Assembly (NCBI GenBank): GCA_000220375.1
Contig: GL982576.1
Coordinates: 243,018-254,826, forward strand
DNA from: Candidatus Nanosalina sp. J07AB43
Lineage (GTDB): Archaea > Nanohalarchaeota > Nanosalinia > Nanosalinales > Nanosalinaceae
Direction of reading: 5' to 3'
Length of the DNA: 11,809 nt
The position numbers and the translations under genes are program-made. Under the pieces are notes generated by a model. That model was given only the letters and a program-made list of their open reading frames with translations. It was not told where the DNA came from and did not search any database. Shown here piece after piece: positions 5,731 through 11,809 of this stretch (positions are counted from its first letter, which is position 1; each line of letters begins with the position of its first letter).

Positions 5731-7995
5731 ATGGATATATCAAGAACACCTATACAAGGTATAGATCAGTACTTTGAGCTTACAGAGATTAAAAGCGCCA
5801 GATGTACAAGTGGAAAAGTCATATTCAAATGCAAGTTTTGTAGTAGCAGAAGTGAAGAAGAAGGATACATCATTGTTTCATCTACAGACTCCGGTGATCC
5901 AAAGATCACGTTGAATAAAACAGGTTTCAAAGAGGACGAGCTGATTGATTCAGACCTGGGCATAAAACTGGGCGATGAAATAGAGCTAAACAAGTCAGAC
6001 GACCTCTGGAAGGTTGAATTGGAGAAATGTACGATGAAAGCCTCAGAGCGTGGTGAAATAACGTTGGAATCTGATGGTAAAGTCCTTAGTTTCAACTCAG
6101 ATACGACCGACACTAAACAAAATCTGTCATCGTATAGTGTAGGCTATGGAAAGAGAGAAGTCAATAGGAATCCTGAAGTCGTAAAGACGGTGGGGATAGG
6201 TTTCGAGGTGGATCCCGATGAGTCATTCTATGGAATGGGAGAGAGATTCGATGAAATAGACGCTAAGGCAAGAACAATAGAGGGCTGGGTTACACAGGCT
6301 GCTGGAAGCGCTTCAAAAGCAAAGTACAAGAGTTCCCCGCTCTTAATGTCATCCAGAGGTTACGGTTGTCTAGTAGACTCCTATGACGACATGAGATTTA
6401 ATCTAGCTGATACTAACCCTGAAGCAGCTGATATTGTTCTGGAAGGAGACTACATTTCAGTGGTGTTTGCCTTCAGAAAAGATACAAAACAGGTCCTGTC
6501 AAGCTTGACAGAATATGTTGGCAGACCAGAGACACCTCCACTGTGGTCATTTGGTTTCTGGAGCTCCAGAAACACTTATGAGTCATGGGAGCAAGTTCAG
6601 GAGATCTCTGAAAAATACAGGTCAATGAACATTCCATGTGATGTAATACATCTGGATCCCGGATGGATGGGAGATGAACTTGATATGGACTGGGGAGAAT
6701 CCTTCCAAAATCCCGAAGATGAACTCAAGAAATTGAAGACAAAAAACTTTGAGGTATGCGCTTGGGAATATCCTTACCTGCCTAAAGGGACAGAGTTATT
6801 TAGTGATGCACTTGCTAGAGGCTTTTTGGTCGAAAATAAAGATGGCAGGCCCTATATCTTCGAAGATGGAGGAAAAACAGGGATACTGGACTTTTCGCTT
6901 GAGGAGGCATCCACATGGTGGAAGGGAAAAAATAAGAGAATTATCAACTCAGGCATCGGAGCTATCAAAGCAGATTTCGGAGAGTATCTGCCCAAAGACT
7001 CCGTACTCAGCGATGAGACACTTGGAAGTAGCTCAAGAAACAAATATCCTAAAATGTATAGAGAGTCGATTGCCGAAGCGTTTAACGAAATTGGTAAAGA
7101 TGCAGTACTATGGAGTAGAAGCGGATGGGCGAAGCAACTCGACGGCGAAATATTTTGGAATGGTGATTCATACTCTGATTGGGAAGGTTTTGAAACTACA
7201 ATAAAATCTGGTTTAAACTCCGCTATGTCCGGCTACTTATATTGGAGTTCCGACAGTGGCGGCTACGAATCCGAGCCTTCAGACAAGCTTTACGAAGAAT
7301 GGATGAAGTGGAGTGCACTCGGCACCACACATATTAGAGCTCATGGCAAAACTCCGAGAGAGCCGTGGATGTTCGAAGAGGCAAAAGACCGTGTCAAACT
7401 AGCTCTCAATGAGAGATACAAAATTATGCCATACATATATTCTTATGCCGTAGAATCCTCTCACAGTGGGATTCCGCTATTAAGACCGCTTGCGCTCGAG
7501 TACCCTGAAGACCCTGCCTCCAAAAACATCAATACTGAGCATCTGGTCGGCGAAAATATTCTTATAGCACCATATACTGATCCTGGCAGAGAGAGAAAAG
7601 TTTACACACCTGAAGGCGAATGGATAAACTACTGGACTAAGAAGACGTATACAGATTCACATCGTATATCTTATGACAGTGAGAATCCGATCCCATACTA
7701 TGTCAAAGCAGGGACTCCAATACCTAAACAAGAGAATACAGAACATCTTAAACACGGTTTTTCAGAGGTATTTGTTGAGATCTATCCTGGTAAAAGAGAT
7801 TCTGACGTATCGGTTCCTCTGAACATCGATGAACGTGAAGAGATATGCGTAAAAAACAGATCAGGGGATATTCATGTTGAGGCTCCAGACAGAATCGAGA
7901 AATTGAAAATTCCCAAGAAGCTACTGACCAATGTCAGGTCAATATCCATAAATGGCGAAGAAAGGGATGTTGAAGAGATAATTCAGCTATCCTGA
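5731..7995 (+). CDS. Glycoside hydrolase family 31 alpha-glucosidase/alpha-xylosidase-like enzyme, intracellular
   Basis: 754 aa. GMGERFDEID, PLWSFGFWSSR and IKADFGEYLP match the YicI-type KTDFGE catalytic-nucleophile motif. WNGDSYSDWEGF matches the acid/base region. N-terminal beta-sandwich domain. No signal peptide. Confidence 0.85.
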   Translation: MDISRTPIQGIDQYFELTEIKSARCTSGKVIFKCKFCSSRSEEEGYIIVSSTDSGDPKITLNKTGFKEDELIDSDLGIKLGDEIELNKSDDLWKVELEKCTMKASERGEITLESDGKVLSFNSDTTDTKQNLSSYSVGYGKREVNRNPEVVKTVGIGFEVDPDESFYGMGERFDEIDAKARTIEGWVTQAAGSASKAKYKSSPLLMSSRGYGCLVDSYDDMRFNLADTNPEAADIVLEGDYISVVFAFRKDTKQVLSSLTEYVGRPETPPLWSFGFWSSRNTYESWEQVQEISEKYRSMNIPCDVIHLDPGWMGDELDMDWGESFQNPEDELKKLKTKNFEVCAWEYPYLPKGTELFSDALARGFLVENKDGRPYIFEDGGKTGILDFSLEEASTWWKGKNKRIINSGIGAIKADFGEYLPKDSVLSDETLGSSSRNKYPKMYRESIAEAFNEIGKDAVLWSRSGWAKQLDGEIFWNGDSYSDWEGFETTIKSGLNSAMSGYLYWSSDSGGYESEPSDKLYEEWMKWSALGTTHIRAHGKTPREPWMFEEAKDRVKLALNERYKIMPYIYSYAVESSHSGIPLLRPLALEYPEDPASKNINTEHLVGENILIAPYTDPGRERKVYTPEGEWINYWTKKTYTDSHRISYDSENPIPYYVKAGTPIPKQENTEHLKHGFSEVFVEIYPGKRDSDVSVPLNIDEREEICVKNRSGDIHVEAPDRIEKLKIPKKLLTNVRSISINGEERDVEEIIQLS

Positions 7996-8340
7996 GTACT
8001 CCTCTTCAAACGTTTCGTCGATTTTGGCAGCCATGATAAAGTCATTCTCATGTAGACCGTCGATCTTGTGTGTGTAAAGTTTGATCGTGGCTCTACCCCA
8101 AGTAAAGTCGTTGATAACTGGGTGATGGCCTTGTTCCTCTGCTATGTCTCCCACATCGTTGACAAAGTTCAAGGCTTCTTGAAAATTTTCAAATTCAAAC
8201 TCCCTCTGGATATGATGGTTGTTGTCCTCCAGCTGCCAGTCATCGTGTAGTTCGTCGAGTTTCTGAAGCGATTCAGTGGCTTTTAGTGCGTCGGCGTCTC
8301 CTCTACAAGCTGTACAAACCTTTCCTGAAAGTTCTGTCAT
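7987..8340 (-). CDS. Pterin-4a-carbinolamine dehydratase (PCD/DCoH) family protein
   Basis: EFEFENFQEALNFVNDVGDIAEEQGHHPVINDFTWGRATIKLYTHKIDGLHENDFIMAAKID matches the PCD [EDKH]-x(3)-H-[HN]-P signature. The track's start at 8382 is a TTG; the first ATG is at 8340. The N-terminus carries CTAC. The 3' end overlaps the GH31 stop convergently by 9 nt. Confidence 0.75.
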   Translation of the reverse strand: MTELSGKVCTACRGDADALKATESLQKLDELHDDWQLEDNNHHIQREFEFENFQEALNFVNDVGDIAEEQGHHPVINDFTWGRATIKLYTHKIDGLHENDFIMAAKIDETFEEEYSG

Positions 8341-8402
8341 ACCCTCAGTATTTTTCTTGCATGGATATGAATCTTGTGGCAATCAGTAGGTCAAGCTGAC
8401 AC

Positions 8403-8410
8403 AATAAAAA
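8403..8410 (+). promoter_or_regulatory. TATA box (AATAAAAA) for the GH15 gene, in the PCD/GH15 divergent intergenic region
   Basis: 24-31 nt upstream of ATG 8434. No Shine-Dalgarno sequence. Confidence 0.45.
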
Positions 8411-8433
8411 CCCAGCAAGGTAAATACTGAAAC

Positions 8434-10359
8434 ATGGTCAGGCATTTATCCCTGGGAAATGGATCTTTGCTGGTGAATCTTGATGACTCGCTGAGACTGC
8501 GAGATCTTTATTACCCGTATGCAGGACAGGAAAATCACGTTCTGGGGAAGCCTCATAGAATAGGCGTACACGCTGACAGATTTTCATGGATAGAGGACTG
8601 GAATACTGAGCCCATGTATATGCAGGATACTATCCTCGCTAATTCAAAGGCTGTCAACAAGTCGGAAGGACTTGAGATAGACTTCAGGGATGCTGTAGAA
8701 TGTGACCGTCCTGTATTCCTTAGAGAGATAAACGTACATAACAAGGAGGATTACAGCAGGGAAGTTGAGTTATTCTTTAAACAGAGCTTTGATCTCTACG
8801 GCACAGAGATGGGTGATACATGTTTTTACCATCCGGAATACTCTGGTGTTGTACATTACAAGAAAAACAGGTACATGCTGGCCGAAGTAAAAAACGAAGG
8901 AGGTATATGTGGAGACCTCGAACAACATGGAATATACAGAGATGGTGCAGATGATGGAATAAGGTCAGGAAGCCTTAACTCGGATGCCATTGCACAGGGA
9001 AACGTGGACTCAGTCATAAGCATAAAGGTTGAGCTGGAGCCACAGAGCTCAGAAAAGGTATACTTCTGGATTAATACAGGTGAAAGCCTTCAGGAGGTTA
9101 CGGAGTTAAACGATCAGATAGAACATATGATAGAGGACTCTTTTAGACAGACAAAGATGTGCTGGCGAGGCTTCGTTGAGAGCACAAAAAAGGATGTTGA
9201 AAATCTTCAAGAGCATGTAAGAGACCAGTTCAAGAGATCTGTACTTGTTGTAAGAGGTCAGACAAATGACAACGGTGCTATAACTGCAGCAAACGACTCT
9301 TCCAACCTTCAGTACAATCAAGACAAATATGGATATATGTGGCCTCGTGACGGCGCATTTATAACACAAGTTATGGCACAGGCAGGGTACCCTGATCTTG
9401 TAGAACCATTTTTTGACTTCTGTGAGGATGTGATACACCCTGACGGATATATGATGCATAAGTACAATCCTGATAAGTCGCTTGGAAGCTCATGGCATGC
9501 ATGGGTTGACGAAGACGGTGACGATAGACTTCCAATACAGGAGGATGAGACTGCACTGGTGATCTGGGCTCTACAGAGATTCCATGAAGAAACCGGTGAC
9601 AGAGAAATCCTAGAGGAGAAATGGAATACACTGGTGAAGCCAGCAGCAGATTTCCTATACGCATACTTCGACGAAGACAAATCTCTCCCAAACCCTAGCT
9701 ACGATCTCTGGGAGGAAAAGCACTATACCTCAACTTTTACTGTCGCAGCGGTGTACGCAGGATTGAAGTCTGCAGCCAGTATAGCCGACACCATCGGTGA
9801 AGATGGTTCAAAGTATCTTGAGAGAGCTCAGGAGATAAAACAAGACGGATTAAAACACCTCAGATCAGAGGATACCAAAAGGTATGTTAGAGGTATAGAG
9901 GATGGGAATCAGGTTGACAGTGTTTCCGCGTCACTTCTCTTTTTGGAAAGATTTGGGCTTGTAGACAGAGAGGATGAATACTTCAAGAATACGGTCAACG
10001 CAATCAGATACGATCTTTCTCCAGACACAGATATAGGAGGTATAGCCCGTTATAAGGGAGATACTTATCACAATGTGACAGATGACTTCGAGGAAGTTCC
10101 AGGTAATCCATGGATTATATGTACTCTATGGGTCGCCCAACACCTGATAAATACGGCTGAATCAGATGGGGATCTTGAGGAAGCTAGGGAATACATGCAC
10201 TGGACCTGTAAGAACTCGCTTGAAACAGACCTCTTCCCAGAACAGGTGGACCCGTATACAGGAGAAGGCAAAAGTGTAGCACCCTTGACATGGAGCCATA
10301 CAACATTTATCAAAACCGCTCTCATGTACTCGAACAAGAAACAGGAGATCAAAGAATGA
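8434..10359 (+). CDS. Glycoside hydrolase family 15 enzyme (prokaryotic glucoamylase/glucodextranase/trehalase type), intracellular
   Basis: 641 aa. N-terminal beta-sandwich HLSLGNGSLLVNLDDS, typical of archaeal/bacterial GH15. Signature YMWPRDGAF. Catalytic-acid motif PSYDLWEE. LTWSHT near the C-terminus. No signal peptide. Confidence 0.85.
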   Translation: MVRHLSLGNGSLLVNLDDSLRLRDLYYPYAGQENHVLGKPHRIGVHADRFSWIEDWNTEPMYMQDTILANSKAVNKSEGLEIDFRDAVECDRPVFLREINVHNKEDYSREVELFFKQSFDLYGTEMGDTCFYHPEYSGVVHYKKNRYMLAEVKNEGGICGDLEQHGIYRDGADDGIRSGSLNSDAIAQGNVDSVISIKVELEPQSSEKVYFWINTGESLQEVTELNDQIEHMIEDSFRQTKMCWRGFVESTKKDVENLQEHVRDQFKRSVLVVRGQTNDNGAITAANDSSNLQYNQDKYGYMWPRDGAFITQVMAQAGYPDLVEPFFDFCEDVIHPDGYMMHKYNPDKSLGSSWHAWVDEDGDDRLPIQEDETALVIWALQRFHEETGDREILEEKWNTLVKPAADFLYAYFDEDKSLPNPSYDLWEEKHYTSTFTVAAVYAGLKSAASIADTIGEDGSKYLERAQEIKQDGLKHLRSEDTKRYVRGIEDGNQVDSVSASLLFLERFGLVDREDEYFKNTVNAIRYDLSPDTDIGGIARYKGDTYHNVTDDFEEVPGNPWIICTLWVAQHLINTAESDGDLEEAREYMHWTCKNSLETDLFPEQVDPYTGEGKSVAPLTWSHTTFIKTALMYSNKKQEIKE

Positions 10360-10888
10360 GAGATCTGGACAAGAGAGACTATACAATAATAGCATCAATA
10401 TTGGTCCTAGCTGGAGCTATCTCAGCAGGAACAATGCAGAGTAATAACATTCAAAGCCCTCAAACCGCAGAAAACTGGAAGAAATTGAGCTAGAAAACGT
10501 TAACACAGGACAGACTTTCACGGTATCGAGTCTAGATAAGCCTGTAGTTATTGAGACATTTGCAGTATGGTGCCCTACGTGCACGAGACAGCAACAGGAA
10601 ATGAAAAAACTGCATGAAACATCCAATATCACCTCCGTATCTCTAAACGTCGATCCAAATGAAGACCAGCAGCAGATAGTCCAGCATACTGAGGAAAACG
10701 GTTTCAACTGGAGATATGCAGTATCAGGTTCAAGCCTTACTAAGTCACTTGTAGACGAGTATGGAGCGTCAATTGCAAACCCTCCATCGGCGCCCGTCGT
10801 CGTAGTATGTGAAAACACCAGTGAAAGGCTTCAAAACGGTGTAAAACCTGCCTCAAAGATCAAAAACGAAGTGGAGAGAATATGTTAA
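10356..10888 (+). CDS. TlpA/ResA-like membrane-anchored thioredoxin (WCPTC), reading frame interrupted once between the TM anchor and the Trx domain
   Basis: The ATG at 10356 overlaps the GH15 stop (ATGA) and encodes MRDLDKRDYTIIASILVLAGAISAGTMQSNNIQSPQTAENWKKLS*, which stops at 10493. The -1 frame is open from 10448 and encodes ...ELENVNTGQTFTVSSLDKPVVIETFAVWCPTCTRQQQEMKKL...ENGFNWRYAVSGSSL...PPSAPVVVVCENTSE..., a TlpA-like fold with the CxxC redox motif. No ATG/GTG/TTG precedes WCPTC in that frame until 10601 (the ORF-track start). Confidence 0.55.
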
Positions 10889-11049
10889 ATGTGCTCATCT
10901 CTGATAGATTTCTCACTGAGTTCATCCGCCAGCAGCCAAAATCACTTACTTTCTAAAACCACATAGATTAAACAGAAACAAAGATCAGGATTAGTGATGC
11001 TTATGACCTCAGTATACTATCTCACAAAGGTGTTCAACGTATTAAACCT

Positions 11050-11809
11050 GTGAAAATTTATGACAAGCTAGTCCTAGGATTGGCAACAGCCTATACCTCA
11101 GCCTGTACAGCTTTACTTGTTCTTTCAGCATATGTGGCCTATACAAATACGTCATTACTTACCTTGATGGGTTTATTGGCATCTGTGCTTCTGATTAGCC
11201 CTATTAGAACCTTAATTGACCATGTCAGCAGTCCATATAGCGATGTTTTAAAATTCTACAGCAGGAAGAAAACCGTAATAACCCTCAGCATTCTAATCTT
11301 TTCGTTGACATCAATCTCTCTTATAGCAGGGAGAAGTTTTCCATTTTCAGATATACTGAATCTTCCGTTCCAAGCCTCAACCAACTTCTTCAGGCAGCTC
11401 CGATACCTAGATACACCTCTAACAGAACTGGGCCTAACTATGTTTGAATTCGGAAGATACCTATTCCACGGCTTTGTGATCTACACTGTTGTAGACTCAG
11501 TTCAGTCATTGTTTGAGAAATTAAAGCCGAAAAAAAGTGAAAGCGAGTTCAGGGCCTCACTTACACCTCTATCAAGTAGTGAAGCTGAGATAGAGATCTA
11601 TGTAGTATCCGGGCTTCAGGGATTTCTGAGGATACCTGAAAGCTTCTGCAAGGAATGTAGCATGTTCTACCACGCTGCTAGACAGGCTTCAAAGGAGGTT
11701 GACGAGGATGTCAATATTTCAGTGAGATCTTACTGGAGCTGGTTCCTAAAGCCGTTGCTGAAAGGAGGATATCACCCTCCTGTAATACTCGTGAATGGCA
11801 GTCTACTCA
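11050..11809 (+). CDS. Polytopic membrane protein with a C-terminal glutaredoxin/thioredoxin-like CxxC domain (partial, runs off window)
   Basis: The frame is open from 10972 to the window end. The candidate start is GTG 11050, about 30 nt after TATACTAT (11013..11020). Hydrophobic segments include LVLGLATAYTSACTALLVLSAYVAY, LMGLLASVLLISPI, ITLSILIFSLTSISLIAG and FHGFVIYTVV. The C-terminus reads PESFCKECSMFYHAA...GYHPPVILVNGSLL, a Grx-like CxxC followed by PxVxVNG. The alternative TTG 11080 and ATG 11167 would start inside TM1. Confidence 0.55.
   Translation, partial: MKIYDKLVLGLATAYTSACTALLVLSAYVAYTNTSLLTLMGLLASVLLISPIRTLIDHVSSPYSDVLKFYSRKKTVITLSILIFSLTSISLIAGRSFPFSDILNLPFQASTNFFRQLRYLDTPLTELGLTMFEFGRYLFHGFVIYTVVDSVQSLFEKLKPKKSESEFRASLTPLSSSEAEIEIYVVSGLQGFLRIPESFCKECSMFYHAARQASKEVDEDVNISVRSYWSWFLKPLLKGGYHPPVILVNGSLL

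Noticed and set aside
5766-7204. Embedded ORFs (115, 151 and 63 aa) inside or antisense to GH31
   Set aside because: No motifs. They are nested in a high-confidence GH31 gene.
8341-8382. TTG start extending the PCD gene by 14 codons
   Set aside because: The first ATG at 8340 gives a PCD of typical length. The extension would consume the divergent promoter region.
9106-9691. Three minus-strand ORFs antisense to GH15, and likewise 10068..10398 and 10417..10818 antisense to the GH15 3' end and the thioredoxin gene
   Set aside because: Cys/Ser-rich low-complexity translations opposite conserved coding sequence.
10440-10495. Programmed -1 ribosomal frameshift joining the TM anchor to the thioredoxin domain
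   Set aside because: There is no X_XXY_YYZ slippery heptamer in the zero frame and no obvious downstream pseudoknot. An indel in an A-run is more parsimonious.
10997-11053. 18-aa ATG-initiated ORF (MLMTSVYYLTKVFNVLNL) just upstream of the membrane/Grx gene
   Set aside because: Too short and overlaps the predicted TATA box. The ATG is more likely just promoter sequence.
1-11809. CRISPR arrays, IS/transposase genes, long direct or inverted repeats
   Set aside because: Scanning by eye found no spaced direct repeats, no transposase/integrase-like ORFs and no terminal inverted repeats. Only trivial 9-nt coincidences such as ggaggatat were seen.

Overview
This window looks archaeal. Genes sit 20-35 nt downstream of A/T-rich TATA boxes with no obvious Shine-Dalgarno sequences, which suggests leaderless transcripts. 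There is an intron-containing tRNA-Trp with a bulge-helix-bulge splice motif. The DNA is AT-rich (roughly low-40s %GC by eye, not computed) and the predicted proteins are strongly acidic. That combination is typical of a salt-in halophile with a small low-GC genome, possibly a nanohaloarchaeon/DPANN-type organism; this is inference only. Gene order is as follows. On the minus strand: a 3'-truncated NPP-family (type I phosphodiesterase/nucleotide pyrophosphatase) gene, a transmembrane-less SPFH/band-7 (stomatin/prohibitin-like) gene and a geranylgeranyl-reductase-family flavoprotein gene. Then divergently, on the plus strand: a small secreted 10-cysteine protein gene. Then tRNA-Trp(CCA) on the minus strand, with a 68-nt intron that appears to embed a half box C/D guide aimed at C34. 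Then a cyclase/kynurenine-formamidase-family gene on the minus strand. Then on the plus strand: an APH-fold phosphotransferase whose ATP-binding N-lobe is encoded in frame but upstream of any canonical start codon, followed by an intracellular GH31 alpha-glucosidase family gene. A pterin-4a-carbinolamine dehydratase-like gene lies convergent to GH31 on the minus strand. The remaining genes are on the plus strand: an intracellular GH15 glucoamylase-family gene, then a TlpA-like membrane-anchored thioredoxin that is start-overlapped (ATGA) with GH15 and split by a 1-nt frame change, and finally a partial polytopic membrane protein with a C-terminal glutaredoxin-like CxxC domain. No CRISPR arrays, mobile elements or long repeats were seen. 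The items most worth follow-up are the tRNA-Trp intron guide RNA, the secreted Cys-rich mini-protein, the kinase + GH31 + GH15 alpha-glucan module, the split thioredoxin, and a recurring ATAGATA-TATA promoter module.
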